Notes under the pieces: model-generated
Databases searched by the model: none
The model's input: the letters and a program-made list of their open reading frames with translations, nothing else
What the model was told of the DNA's origin: nothing
In this document: piece by piece, positions 17,737 to 28,387 of the stretch
Layout of the letters: each line of letters starts with the position of its first letter
How positions within the stretch are numbered: position 1 is the first letter of the stretch
Made by a program: the position numbers and the translations under genes
NCBI GenBank assembly: GCA_964583165.1
Contig: CAZOVK010000002.1
Span: 14,015-78,014 of the forward strand
Origin: an uncultured Defluviitaleaceae bacterium
GTDB lineage: Bacteria > Bacillota > Clostridia > Lachnospirales > WRAX01
DNA length: 64,000 nt
Reading direction: 5' to 3'

Positions 17737-20200
17737 AACACTTTTATCCTCACTGCTTAAAAAGAAAATGCGTACAGCGTTACTTCTTTTTTCCATTGCG
17801 GTCTGCTCGGCATTGCTTTTCGCTAACGAGGGATTTCGCCAAACCTGTGAGAAAATGATTTATGATGCTGATACGCGCTGGGCCGGAAGGTCAGATTTAT
17901 ATATCACACCCAAGAAATCGGTGGGAGCATCAGAATGGATAGAAATGGACGAGGTCGAAGGCTTTGTGGACAACTTTGAATATACATATGGTTTTGTGCA
18001 AGGCAAAGCACTGTTTGCTCCCGATACCGATGAGATGCACTATTTCACCATATTAGGGGTAGATATAGATGCTTTCAACAACCATAACCCACTAACTTTA
18101 GAATTGGGAGAAGTGTCCAACTGGTTCGGCGATAGGATTGTTATAGGGCAAGCATACGCACAAAAGTTGGGAGTAGGTATAGGTGATTCCGTTGAGCTGG
18201 AGGTTGGTGGTATTTTACGTGAGTTTCAAATTTCGGCCATAAGCCAGCCCAGTGGCTTGTTCACTCGCGACTTAGCCGACGGCGGCTATCTGTTGACCCC
18301 AAGGGAAACTTTGTCAGAGATATTAGGCGGCGAGTGCAATTTACTGTTTATTAAGATGAAGAATCAGGCTGAAGTTTTACCTATGAAAGACCGCTTGACA
18401 CAAGCACTGCCACAGTATTCTGTACATATGGGCATTGACAATGCTGTTATTTTGGCTGAAACAAACAACTATGTGCTTCCTTTTCGGTTTTCCAGCATAG
18501 CTGTCATTTTCATGAGTGTTTTTATCATCTATTCTTCATTCAACTTAATTGTTATAGAGCGAATCGGAATCTTGGGCATCTTACGCAGCATAGGATGTTC
18601 ACGTAGAAGAACAAATAGGATTTTATTGGTAGAAAGTGCTGTAATTGGTGCAATCGGCGGAATACTAGGTTGTGGTCTAGGCATTTTTGTTTTGTATTTC
18701 ATCAAAAACTCCTATTTCAGCGGTCAAGATACTGTGCTGAATGCGCCTGTTATTTTGGGTATATGGCCGTTTGCGTTTACGCTTATAGCTTCAATGCTGA
18801 TTACTGTGCTTAGTGCCGTGTTACCGATTTTTAAGGTTACGCGTGAACCTATCAAGAACATCATCCTTAACGACGTTCAAAAGAAGATATACAATAGCGC
18901 AAGGTTATGGTGGGTAGGATTTATATTGTTATTGCCATGTTTAATTACACCGCAGTTTATATCGAACAATTTCAATGGCATGATAATTGCCTCATTCTCT
19001 GCCGTTCTAGCGCTTGTAGGGATTAACCTACTTATTCCAAAGTTGTGTGCCTTCTTTGCGTGGCTCGCAGGGAAATTGCCCCTTGATTATGAAATACAAC
19101 TTGGCATAAAAAACACGGGCGACTTTCCATCGCTCGTGAATAATATTCGGCTGTTTTCATCCACTATAGCGATTATGGTTTTTATGACAACCATTTTTTA
19201 TACATTAGGTGTAGACTTGCGTGGCTTATATCAACGTGAAAACTATGATATTACAGTTGTGCTGCGAGAAACGACAAATAAAACTTTGCATAAGCTTTCC
19301 CAGACTGAGGGTGTTAAGGAGTTTTACGGAGTATATGAAACGTATGCTCCCATTAGCAGTCATGGTTCCTTTATGAATGCAGTAATCGGGATAGACGATG
19401 ATAACTTTTTTGACTATTCACCTGCAAATATACCAACGGAAAACCGTGAAGCTTTGGTTACATTAAACAGCGGGCGAAATATTGTCACTACCAATATTCT
19501 TCGCGATAAGCTTGGGCTTAATCTTGGCGACACCCTGACACTTCAGTTTGAAAATGGATTGGAAAGTTTTGTGGTAACCGGTTATGTGGATACCAACTAT
19601 GGCATAGGACATGTGGGATATATTTCGTCAGATAATTACAGGGCCGTTGTCGGCACGACTAATTACACGAAACTTTTGGTTCGCGCTCTTGGTAATCCCG
19701 ATGCGGTCAAGAACAACATTCAACGTTCTCTCTCCCGTGATGTCCTTTCAGCGCAAACCAAGCAGGAAGCCGAAGCGGCTAACGCCGATAAGGTTGAGGG
19801 AATCTTTGATGCGATAAACACCTATGCATATTTCGCTATGCTTATAGGTGTAATCGGTATTATCAATAACATTGTGGCTTGTTTTTTAGGTAGACGTCGC
19901 AATTTGGCATTATACCGCTCGATAGGCATGTCCTCTTCGCAGGTTGGGCGTATGCTGATGACCGAAGCTGTTACAATCGGATTGATAGGCATATCATCAG
20001 GACTATTGACAGGACTTTTGATGATATTGTGTGTTCCCTTTGTTGTTGGAATGCTGTGGGGGAATGTTGCCATCAATGTACCTACAGTTCAAATATCGAT
20101 ACTATGTTTGGCGGGGATATTGGTGATGTTATTAGCGTCAATCATTCCCTCGGTTAAGGGTAAGAACATTACAATTATGGATACTTTGCGCTATGAATAA
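17726..20200 (+). CDS. FtsX/MacB-like ABC permease
   Basis: Two MacB-PCD/FtsX halves; ERIGILGILRSIG and RRNLALYRSIGMS motifs. Confidence 0.9.
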   Translation: MIVKTLLSSLLKKKMRTALLLFSIAVCSALLFANEGFRQTCEKMIYDADTRWAGRSDLYITPKKSVGASEWIEMDEVEGFVDNFEYTYGFVQGKALFAPDTDEMHYFTILGVDIDAFNNHNPLTLELGEVSNWFGDRIVIGQAYAQKLGVGIGDSVELEVGGILREFQISAISQPSGLFTRDLADGGYLLTPRETLSEILGGECNLLFIKMKNQAEVLPMKDRLTQALPQYSVHMGIDNAVILAETNNYVLPFRFSSIAVIFMSVFIIYSSFNLIVIERIGILGILRSIGCSRRRTNRILLVESAVIGAIGGILGCGLGIFVLYFIKNSYFSGQDTVLNAPVILGIWPFAFTLIASMLITVLSAVLPIFKVTREPIKNIILNDVQKKIYNSARLWWVGFILLLPCLITPQFISNNFNGMIIASFSAVLALVGINLLIPKLCAFFAWLAGKLPLDYEIQLGIKNTGDFPSLVNNIRLFSSTIAIMVFMTTIFYTLGVDLRGLYQRENYDITVVLRETTNKTLHKLSQTEGVKEFYGVYETYAPISSHGSFMNAVIGIDDDNFFDYSPANIPTENREALVTLNSGRNIVTTNILRDKLGLNLGDTLTLQFENGLESFVVTGYVDTNYGIGHVGYISSDNYRAVVGTTNYTKLLVRALGNPDAVKNNIQRSLSRDVLSAQTKQEAEAANADKVEGIFDAINTYAYFAMLIGVIGIINNIVACFLGRRRNLALYRSIGMSSSQVGRMLMTEAVTIGLIGISSGLLTGLLMILCVPFVVGMLWGNVAINVPTVQISILCLAGILVMLLASIIPSVKGKNITIMDTLRYE

Positions 20201-20240
20201 CGGAAAATCCGTATACAGATTAAGGCAAGGAGATATGAGA

Positions 20241-20918
20241 ATGAGTTATCCTATTATAAAGGTTGAAAATGTAATAAAAAGCTTCTTGGTTGGGAGCCAT
20301 TCAGTCCCCGTTCTAAATAATATCAGTCTGACGGTTGAAAAGGGTGAGTTTGTGTCACTGATGGGGCCATCGGGTTCCGGAAAAAGCACGTTGCTTTATA
20401 TCATGGGTGGGCTTGACAAAGCGGACAGTGGCAGTGTTTTCATTGACAACCAAGAGATTAGTAAACTCGGCGATAGAGCAGAAAGTGTCATGCGACAAAA
20501 ACATCTCGGATTTGTCTTTCAATCCTATAATTTGATTGAAAATCTGACGGTTGAAGAAAATATTTTGCTTCCGGCTATGTTGAACGGAAAAAACCGCAAG
20601 GACATAAGCCCTGCACTGAATGAACTATTAAATGCTGTGGGGTTGTATGAGCGTCGCAAGCATAGACCTGCCGAGCTTTCAGGTGGACAACAGCAACGCA
20701 CTGCAATTGCGCGTGCTTTGATAAATCGTCCCGATGTGGTTTTTGCCGATGAACCTATAGGAAATTTGGATAGCCAAAACGGTAAAGAGGTTTTGACACT
20801 CCTGCAAACACTGAATACTACCTATGGCATAACAATCGTCATGGTCACCCATTCTTATGAATCAACGAAGTATGGCAATCGGGTTATTAGGCTGGAGGAT
20901 GGGCAAATAATAAAATAA
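20241..20918 (+). CDS. ABC transporter ATP-binding protein (LolD/MacB-like)
   Basis: GPSGSGKS, LSGGQQQR, ADEPIGNLD; AGGAG RBS 8 nt before ATG 20241. Confidence 0.9.
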   Translation: MSYPIIKVENVIKSFLVGSHSVPVLNNISLTVEKGEFVSLMGPSGSGKSTLLYIMGGLDKADSGSVFIDNQEISKLGDRAESVMRQKHLGFVFQSYNLIENLTVEENILLPAMLNGKNRKDISPALNELLNAVGLYERRKHRPAELSGGQQQRTAIARALINRPDVVFADEPIGNLDSQNGKEVLTLLQTLNTTYGITIVMVTHSYESTKYGNRVIRLEDGQIIK

Positions 20919-20937
20919 AAACTTCTGAAAAAACCTC

Positions 20938-20968
20938 TTGCTTATGACGTAACGTCATGAGTTATAAT
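20938..20968 (+). promoter_or_regulatory. MerR-type promoter/operator
   Basis: TTGCTT (20938-20943), 19-bp spacer, TATAAT (20963-20968); dyad ATGACGT-A-ACGTCAT (20944-20958) in the spacer. Confidence 0.85.
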
Positions 20969-20983
20969 ACAATCAAGAGGTGA

Positions 20984-21790
20984 TTGAACATGGAGTACAG
21001 AGCAATTCCAAAGGGATATATGACAGTTGGTGAGCTTGCAAAGAAAATGAACACCACAGTAAGAACCTTGCAATACTACGACAAAGAGGGGCTTCTTACC
21101 CCGTCAGCTGAGAGCGAGGGCGGGCGCAGGCTCTATACAGACAAAGATATGGTAAAACTTCATCAGATACTATCTATGAAATATCTGGGCTTTTCGCTTG
21201 ACGAGATAAAAGGGCATTTGGCATCGCTTGACACGCCTGATGATGTAGCGAGAGTCTTAGGTGAACAGGCTAGGATAGTTAAGGAAAAAATCGCGACACT
21301 AACCGAAACGTTACGGGCTATTGAAGCTCTAAGAGAAGAAACCTTGCGTATGCACACGGTTGATTTCAAGAAATACGCCGACATAATCGTGCTTCTACAG
21401 TTAAAAAATGACCTCTATTGGGTAGTCAAACACTTCGATGATAATATGCTTGAACACATACGTGAAAACTTTAGTCAACAAAGTGGCTTAGAATTTGTAA
21501 ATGAATGGAAAGACCTGTGTGATGAAACGGCAGAGCTTCAAAAAAACGGCATATCGCCGCTAAGTGAACAGGGTCAAGCGATAGCGAAAACTTGGTGGGA
21601 CATTGTGATAAAGTTTACAGGCGGGAATATGGCTATGTTGCCACAATTGATGGAGTTCGCGCAAAACAGGGACAACTGGGACAATGTATGGAAAGAGAAG
21701 TATACGCTGGTTGAGCCATTTTTAATGCAGGCGTTAGAGGAGTTTTTCAAGAATATGGGTCAAAATCCGTTTGAGGGGGTTTCGCAATGA
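20984..21790 (+). CDS. MerR-family regulator with TipAS-like C-terminal domain
   Basis: MTVGELAKKMNTTVRTLQYYDKEGLL...GRRLY HTH; C-terminal SEQGQAIAKTWW. Confidence 0.9.
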   Translation: MNMEYRAIPKGYMTVGELAKKMNTTVRTLQYYDKEGLLTPSAESEGGRRLYTDKDMVKLHQILSMKYLGFSLDEIKGHLASLDTPDDVARVLGEQARIVKEKIATLTETLRAIEALREETLRMHTVDFKKYADIIVLLQLKNDLYWVVKHFDDNMLEHIRENFSQQSGLEFVNEWKDLCDETAELQKNGISPLSEQGQAIAKTWWDIVIKFTGGNMAMLPQLMEFAQNRDNWDNVWKEKYTLVEPFLMQALEEFFKNMGQNPFEGVSQ

Positions 21791-22599
21791 GTATAGCGGT
21801 TAGGGTTAATAACCTTGTAAAGAATTACGGCGCAAATAGCGTCATCAAAGGCATTTCGTTTGAAGTCAGACAGGGCGAAATCTTCGCTTTCCTTGGCACG
21901 AACGGCGCTGGAAAGACCACAACGCTTGAATGTATCGAGGGTTTACGCGGTTATGACAGCGGTAAAATAGATATAAGCGGTAAGGTAGGCGTTCAATTAC
22001 AGTCAGCGTCGCTCCCGGCTAACATCAAAGCCATTGAAGCGATAAGGTTATTTTCGAAGTGGAATAGAAGTGGCGTTGATACACATCTGCTCACGGCTTT
22101 TGGGATTGATGAAATAAAAAACAAGCAATACAAGGATATGTCCGTGGGTCAAAAACGACGACTCCACTTAGCTCTCGCGCTAATCGGCAACCCAGACATT
22201 ATCATTCTTGATGAACCCACGGCGGGTCTTGACGTAGAAGGCAGAGTTGCGCTCCACGAAGAAATCAGAAAACTAAAGGCGGCAGGCAAGACAATAATTA
22301 TGGCAAGCCACGACATGGCAGAAGTGGAAAGCCTATGTGACCGCATCGCCATTCTGAAAGACGGTAAACTAGCCTTTATGGGTACGGCGGGTGAACTTAC
22401 GGCCCATATCGGTGTGAGCTGTACCATTCACATAAAGACAGAAAAAGGCGTTAACACTTTTACATCAGACAATATAACCGAAACACTGCTCACAGAGCTT
22501 TCACGCTACAAGCAAGAACACATAACCGTTCTTGATGTTAAGGTCGAGAAAGCTACACTTGAAGAGAGATTTATCGCTATAGCAAGGGGGAACGAGTAA
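21787..22599 (+). CDS. ABC transporter ATP-binding protein (multidrug/ABC-2 type)
   Basis: GTNGAGKTT, MSVGQKRR, LDEPTAGLD, SHDM. Confidence 0.9.
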   Translation: MSIAVRVNNLVKNYGANSVIKGISFEVRQGEIFAFLGTNGAGKTTTLECIEGLRGYDSGKIDISGKVGVQLQSASLPANIKAIEAIRLFSKWNRSGVDTHLLTAFGIDEIKNKQYKDMSVGQKRRLHLALALIGNPDIIILDEPTAGLDVEGRVALHEEIRKLKAAGKTIIMASHDMAEVESLCDRIAILKDGKLAFMGTAGELTAHIGVSCTIHIKTEKGVNTFTSDNITETLLTELSRYKQEHITVLDVKVEKATLEERFIAIARGNE

Positions 22600-23312
22600 T
22601 GAGCACGTTTTTATATGGCATTGGGCTACAATGGAAGCTGGACTTTAGAAATAAAGGTGTTGTTGTTACCTATTATGTTGTACCGTTGGTGTTCTTTGCC
22701 TTCATGGGCGGTATCTTCACATCAATTAACCCCGACGCAAAGGATACACTCATACAATCTATGACAGTTTTCGCTGTAACTATGGGTACGATTCTCGGCT
22801 CACCCGCGCCGCTTGTAGAGCTCTACGGCAGTGACATAAAGAAGGCATACAAGGTCGGCGGGATTCCGCTGTGGGTGGGGGCGGTGAACAACGCTATATC
22901 GGCTTTCATCCACTTGATGATAACTAGCGCAATAATATATGTAGCGGCTCCTCTAATCTATCAAGCCACAGCTCCCGAAAGCGTAACACAACATTTTCTG
23001 TCGGTCGCGCTGTTCTTACTAGCCGCTATTGGGGTAGGAACTCTTCTAGGGCTGTTTGTTAAGGCGACATCAAAGCTGACAATGCTTGCACAAATAATTT
23101 TCTTGCCGTCGGTTATGCTGTCAGGTATCATGTTTCCGCTAAGTTATCTGCCGAGTGTGTTGGCGACAATCGGGAAGTTATTCCCCGCTACATGGGGATT
23201 TATACTGCTGACGGAAAAGTTTGACTGGGCTAATGTGTTTCCGCTTGTCATTATCTTTGCAATTGCAACTGTTTTAAGCGCATTTAAGCTATCAAGAATC
23301 AAAAGAGTTTAG
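22599..23312 (+). CDS. ABC-2 type permease
   Basis: Six TM segments, FLPSVMLSGIMFP; coupled to the ATPase. Confidence 0.85.
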   Translation: MSTFLYGIGLQWKLDFRNKGVVVTYYVVPLVFFAFMGGIFTSINPDAKDTLIQSMTVFAVTMGTILGSPAPLVELYGSDIKKAYKVGGIPLWVGAVNNAISAFIHLMITSAIIYVAAPLIYQATAPESVTQHFLSVALFLLAAIGVGTLLGLFVKATSKLTMLAQIIFLPSVMLSGIMFPLSYLPSVLATIGKLFPATWGFILLTEKFDWANVFPLVIIFAIATVLSAFKLSRIKRV

Positions 23313-23318
23313 CTAGAA

Positions 23319-23348
23319 AAGCCACTGCCGCAGTAGCGGCAGTGGCTT
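23319..23348. terminator. Intrinsic terminator
   Basis: aagccactgccgc-agta-gcggcagtggctt, perfect 13-bp stem. Confidence 0.8.
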
Positions 23349-23490
23349 CATTTCGCAAAGGATATTGTGAAGTGGCACGGAGGTTCCCCCGAAATTATTG
23401 CTAAGGATTTACGTATTGCGTTATGATTTTCTTGCCACCTGCACATAAAGTGAGAATGTTCACCACTTGAATTATTTTCAGATTGATATA

Positions 23491-25446
23491 TTATTTAAGC
23501 GGTATGCAAACGCCTACGCGAAAGATTGTGTCGTTCGGCATAATATCAAGCACTCCGCCGTTACGCTCTACAATATCCCTAACAGAGCGTAGCCCTATAC
23601 CGCGCCTGCCTGTGACCTTGCTTGACAATATGATTTCTCCTTGCTTTTGTGGGGTACCACTGTAGGTATTCTCTATAAGTAGAAAAAATAGAGCACTGTT
23701 ATTCGTGCTACTTATGGCAATATTGCGGTTGCCTTTGGTTTGCCGCTGACAGGCTTCAATGGCGTTTTCCAGAAGATTGCCAAAAAGTGTACACAACTCT
23801 ATATCGGATAGTGATAGTTTTTCGGGTAGAATCAGCTGAATCTTTATTTGGATATCGTGCTTCTTTGCCGTGTTGTAGTAATAGCCCAAAAGCGCGTTTA
23901 CGGCGGCGTTTTTGCAAAACAGCGTGTCTTTGGCGTAATCAGTCGTATCTATGGCTTGCGTAACGCGCCCCAGATATTCGTGTAAAGGGTTTGTGTCTAT
24001 TTCTGTGTTGGTATTTTGGACTGCCAAGCCCTCTATAGCGCGTAAGTGCTGGCGAAAGTCATGTACAAGACGGCGGTTTTCCGTTGCTTGTACCGCGAGC
24101 CTGCTTGAATACTCCAATTGCATGGTAAGTTGGCGTTTAATCTGCCTATGCTCCTCGGCAAATGAAAGACTGTTGGCATACGCGTCTGTTATGGTGCGCC
24201 ACAAGGTGTAGCCAATGGTTGCAATCAGTGCGGTACTGCCTATTTCCAAGAACCAACCTCCTATAATGGGCTCATAGAAGGGCAACAGTCTGTCCCATAC
24301 AAACGCGGCGGCGTAAACAAGATTGGCGTAAAACAAAACCCAGCCTTGCTCGATGCCTGTTGTTATCGCAATAGCGGAGGTAATGAGCAAGTACGCCGCC
24401 GTGACTAATTTGAAAACAAACACAACAACAGAAAAGGCGTGCATGAGCGGAATAGTTAAGTTTCGTGATATTAGCCCATAAATCAGAGCAATCCCGCAAA
24501 TCAGCATGGCTACCGATATGCTTATCAAACGTGGCATTCTGCTTGTATCACATAGTTTATTGTGTATAACAATTACCAACAGCGTCACCAAATAGCCGCT
24601 AAAAAGCTCCACCGCGTACCACGGAGAAACGGGCAACGTGAGTGCCGCATGAAGAATAGGGTAAGAGATAAACCCACAAGCGGCCAAACAAAGTAGTGCA
24701 AAGCGCAGAGCGTTTCGCTCTTCTCTACGAATGCCCAAATAAAGTGCGCATATACCCACGATTATTACAAGCGCAAGTATTACCAGACGTAGCCATAGGC
24801 GCATATCCCTTGCGGCGTTTATGGCTTCCAGTGTGCCAAAGGCGGGGGGATATACAAGCCCACTGTAGTAGTGTGAATAGTTACTTGCGGTCAGCAGGAT
24901 AGTGGTTCTGTCTGATGCCTCAAAGGCTATAATGCGGTTGCCGGTTTGTGGGTTATAGGTTTCGGGGTTCGGGTCGCCTACAGCTAATAATAATTTGTCG
25001 CCGACATATAAACGATATGCTGAGAATATCTCGGGTAATTCTAGCGCATAGACTTGCGGTTGTTTTGGCAGTTGAATGTTTAGAGCATAACTTGCGCTAC
25101 CATATGGGTCATCGTCGCCGAAGTCAAATCGCATACGCTCGCCAATCATTGTGTAGAGCATGTAATGGTCGTATTTATTGCTGTCTAAGTCATCAGGCGT
25201 AAGCATTGCGCTAGGGTAGAGTTCCCAACCGTAAGTAAGGTATCTTATCGGGTGTTTCTGCAAGTCCTCATCCGTTAATACCAACAAACCGTTCGCAGCT
25301 TGCGTTGCCTGATGTGTGTATTTGTTGTCAAAGTGATACATACACAAAAATAAAACTGAAAACACTAACAGCACCAATAGGGATGCGAATAGCCTCTTTA
25401 ACAGCGAAAATTTCGGCGACACAGTTTTTCGCGTGACATTTATCAT
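23491..25446 (-). CDS. Sensor histidine kinase: extracellular 7TM-DISM-like domain, ~7 TM, AgrC-type GHKL domain
   Basis: HDFRQHL H-box, LFGNLLENAIEA, IENT, GIGLRSV; extracellular GWELYP, LELPEIFSAYRLYV. Confidence 0.85.
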   Translation of the reverse strand: MINVTRKTVSPKFSLLKRLFASLLVLLVFSVLFLCMYHFDNKYTHQATQAANGLLVLTDEDLQKHPIRYLTYGWELYPSAMLTPDDLDSNKYDHYMLYTMIGERMRFDFGDDDPYGSASYALNIQLPKQPQVYALELPEIFSAYRLYVGDKLLLAVGDPNPETYNPQTGNRIIAFEASDRTTILLTASNYSHYYSGLVYPPAFGTLEAINAARDMRLWLRLVILALVIIVGICALYLGIRREERNALRFALLCLAACGFISYPILHAALTLPVSPWYAVELFSGYLVTLLVIVIHNKLCDTSRMPRLISISVAMLICGIALIYGLISRNLTIPLMHAFSVVVFVFKLVTAAYLLITSAIAITTGIEQGWVLFYANLVYAAAFVWDRLLPFYEPIIGGWFLEIGSTALIATIGYTLWRTITDAYANSLSFAEEHRQIKRQLTMQLEYSSRLAVQATENRRLVHDFRQHLRAIEGLAVQNTNTEIDTNPLHEYLGRVTQAIDTTDYAKDTLFCKNAAVNALLGYYYNTAKKHDIQIKIQLILPEKLSLSDIELCTLFGNLLENAIEACQRQTKGNRNIAISSTNNSALFFLLIENTYSGTPQKQGEIILSSKVTGRRGIGLRSVRDIVERNGGVLDIMPNDTIFRVGVCIPLK

Positions 25447-27569
25447 CGCCTTACAAGCCGTTTTCGAAGCAGCCAGCCGCCCAAGCCAACAACAGGTAGC
25501 GATACACCACAGATGATAGCCAATACAGCATTAGTATTGTTCGACGCTTGTGTACTCGTTCGAATAATCGGCAATTTAGCCGAAACGCTCGGTGGTTCAA
25601 AAGTTGGAGTCGGTGTCGTTATCGTCGTGTGAGGTACGCCCCCATTTGAATCAACAGCTGTTGGCGTGTTCTGCTCGTGTATGGTGTAATAGCCCGTTTG
25701 GTCAACAATAAATGTCGCTACGGCGATATTCTCATCATAAATGCCGCTATATTCTATGCCCTGCTCGTCGGTGAGAATCAATTGGGCTGTAGCGTCTAGC
25801 ATGTGGTATGGCACCATGACTATGGTTTTCGGTATATAAGTTACGGGAATATCGTTTAATTCTATCGAAAAAGTAAACGTACTATCGCTTATCATTGTGA
25901 TAGTCACAGAAAAGCGGTCGCTGTCTTTGATGTTAAGACCGTCAAACACATCTCTAGGTATCGAAATACTGATGCCCTGCTTAGAAAACCGTACGGCTTC
26001 AGCGTCATAAAGCATCATAAGAAGGCGAGTGCCAGAGATAATATCTTGCGTCTGTCCAAAAAACTCCTTGAAAGCTTGCGGGGTTGGTGAAGCCGTATCT
26101 GTGGGTATTTCTTCTGTATCGCTTGGTTTTGTGCTGTCCGGCTCGGGGTGTATGGTTTCGTTTGACCTCGGCGTTATGGATTCATCTTCATTGGCGTTAG
26201 GGTAGGGGAGGTAGTCCGTCAACTCAGTCTGGTTTTCCGCTATCGAATCAACCTCAATGGGTTTAGTCGTTGTGGGGGTAACAATAACATCAGGGGTTTT
26301 GTTTGTGTAGTTCGGTGTATGTTCAGTATGGTCATAATCATCGTAATTGTAATCATAATTATTGCCGCTACTATTGTCGGCCCCGTTTTCGGGTGGATTT
26401 TGACTTTGGTCGGGTGGGGTTTGATTGTCACTATCGCCGCCGTCGCGGTCACCGTCAAGTTTAATCATGCCTATGTCATCGAAAAAAACATACTGTCCGT
26501 TATCCATTAAATTGAGTACGTTGGATATTTTGCCATTGGCTATAAGCACGAAGTAGTAATTGTCGCGAGTGATCAAAAAGTTAAGCGGGATTGTGAAATA
26601 ATCCGCGCCAAACTGCACTTGTTCTGCGTTTAGGTCTTGCCAATTACCGCCGGTCAACTCTTCGTCAAGCAGCTGTCTTTTCCCGGCGTGCAAATATTTA
26701 ACCACAGGCGATTTAAGCCCCGCGTCTATATGCTCAGATACATTCACCTTCACTGTGTTATCAGATGTAATGCCATATATAATGCGGAATGTATTAGGTT
26801 CATAGATATAAACAGGTGCCTCCACAGAAAAATATTGCTTTTGCAATGTGTATTTGTCCTCGTCTTCAGGCGAAAGCTTGTAGTAAAGCGTCGGATAATA
26901 GAGGTAAGCAAAATATGAGTTAGGCTCACTCGATATGTAATCAATCACTAAATCAACATTTTCTGTGCCGTCTGCGGTTGTAACGGTATATGTGGCATAA
27001 TCGGCTTGCAAGTGTGCCATATATGCTTCTAGCGCCGTAATATCGCCCATTTCAAGCATAATACATTCCAGATATTCTATTGTTGGTTCATTAAAAATCG
27101 GCTTCTTTTCCGGGGTCACAGGGTCCGGTTCTGGTTCTTCTTCGGTTCTGTCGTCATAAATGGTGAAATTAACTGCTTGGCGTTTCAAAACGTCAGGCGA
27201 ATACAACGTCCAATCATCGGGTACGACTACATCGGCGTAGATAGTATATTCCCCCGGCACATATGCCCCGTTTTCCATAGGCAAATCTTCAAAGTGCCAG
27301 TTCCACGGCAATTCTGTATGGGTATATGTGTTAAAATCTGGGTCCGGTGGTTGCCAAATAGAAACAAACGCGGTGCCAAACGATTCAAGCAAATCCGATA
27401 TAACACTATCAACATCCTGCACAGAAGCAGTGCGCACAAGTGAATTGTATGTTACAATATTGACTATCTGCCAAACGCCGGGGTGTTCCGGGTCTTCATA
27501 CGAAAAAACAGGCAGGGCACTGGCAAAACATATAATTATAGCGATAACAACCGCCGTCACACGCTTCAC
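25443..27569 (-). CDS. Secreted, C-terminally membrane-anchored acidic surface protein of unknown function
   Basis: Signal peptide MKRVTAVVIAIIICFASALPVFS; D/P/T-rich linkers; C-terminal TM followed by RKRLVRR; overlaps both neighbours by 4 nt. Confidence 0.75.
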   Translation of the reverse strand: MKRVTAVVIAIIICFASALPVFSYEDPEHPGVWQIVNIVTYNSLVRTASVQDVDSVISDLLESFGTAFVSIWQPPDPDFNTYTHTELPWNWHFEDLPMENGAYVPGEYTIYADVVVPDDWTLYSPDVLKRQAVNFTIYDDRTEEEPEPDPVTPEKKPIFNEPTIEYLECIMLEMGDITALEAYMAHLQADYATYTVTTADGTENVDLVIDYISSEPNSYFAYLYYPTLYYKLSPEDEDKYTLQKQYFSVEAPVYIYEPNTFRIIYGITSDNTVKVNVSEHIDAGLKSPVVKYLHAGKRQLLDEELTGGNWQDLNAEQVQFGADYFTIPLNFLITRDNYYFVLIANGKISNVLNLMDNGQYVFFDDIGMIKLDGDRDGGDSDNQTPPDQSQNPPENGADNSSGNNYDYNYDDYDHTEHTPNYTNKTPDVIVTPTTTKPIEVDSIAENQTELTDYLPYPNANEDESITPRSNETIHPEPDSTKPSDTEEIPTDTASPTPQAFKEFFGQTQDIISGTRLLMMLYDAEAVRFSKQGISISIPRDVFDGLNIKDSDRFSVTITMISDSTFTFSIELNDIPVTYIPKTIVMVPYHMLDATAQLILTDEQGIEYSGIYDENIAVATFIVDQTGYYTIHEQNTPTAVDSNGGVPHTTITTPTPTFEPPSVSAKLPIIRTSTQASNNTNAVLAIICGVSLPVVGLGGWLLRKRLVRR

Positions 27570-28288
27570 AATAGCCCCCCCGATTCCTCATAAACAAACC
27601 GCCTAAAGGTTGCCCCCAAGGCATTTTTATTCCGTATGCTCATGGGTATAACCTCACCGTTTTTCAGCACAAACGTGTGACCTTCCTGCCTCTCTACATA
27701 GTTAAGGTTCACCATTGTGCCGCGCAAGCATATAATGAAGCTTTTCAGTTTGCCAAGCGGTTCAGTTACATCACGAAAACTCTCGTTTACCTTTATTACA
27801 CCATTCTCCATATGCACGTAGGTTACATGTTTTTTATAGTCTATGTACAAGATGTTCTGAATGGGCAGTGACAATTTAGCGCCCCCTGAAACAACATTTA
27901 GTACGGCTGTTGCTTCTTCCTGCCTAAGTTTACAATTACTCATCGCCACTAAAAACGCCGCGTCATCAATCGGTTTAACAAGATAAGACACCGCGCGCAC
28001 GGTATAACCCTCAACGGCAAAATCTCGCGTTATGGTGAGAAAGATAATCTTGCAGTTTTTGTCTTTTTCAAAGACCTTAATTGCCGCATCCATGCCGCTC
28101 ATGCCACCCATAAATATGTCCATAAACACAAGTGAAAACACTCCCGCCTTAAACGCGTCAAGAAACGCCTCTGCGCCTCCAAACTCCACAATCTCAAAGT
28201 CCAAGCGGTGGCTTTGAGCGTAATCCAACAACTTCTCTGAAAGTAACGTGCGGTCATACGAAATGTCGTCAACAATGGCAATCTTCAT
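27566..28288 (-). CDS. LytTR-family response regulator (REC plus LytTR)
   Basis: MKIAIVDD, LVFMDIFM, YLVKP; LytTR NILYIDY...CLRGTMVNL; ATG at 28288. Confidence 0.9.
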   Translation of the reverse strand: MKIAIVDDISYDRTLLSEKLLDYAQSHRLDFEIVEFGGAEAFLDAFKAGVFSLVFMDIFMGGMSGMDAAIKVFEKDKNCKIIFLTITRDFAVEGYTVRAVSYLVKPIDDAAFLVAMSNCKLRQEEATAVLNVVSGGAKLSLPIQNILYIDYKKHVTYVHMENGVIKVNESFRDVTEPLGKLKSFIICLRGTMVNLNYVERQEGHTFVLKNGEVIPMSIRNKNALGATFRRFVYEESGGLL

Positions 28289-28387
28289 AACTTGATAGCT
28301 TCTCCTGAAAGAATATAAATGAAAATTACGATAAGTCATTATAACACAAAACTATAAACCTGTCCATATTCTAAAACCCAGAAGCCT

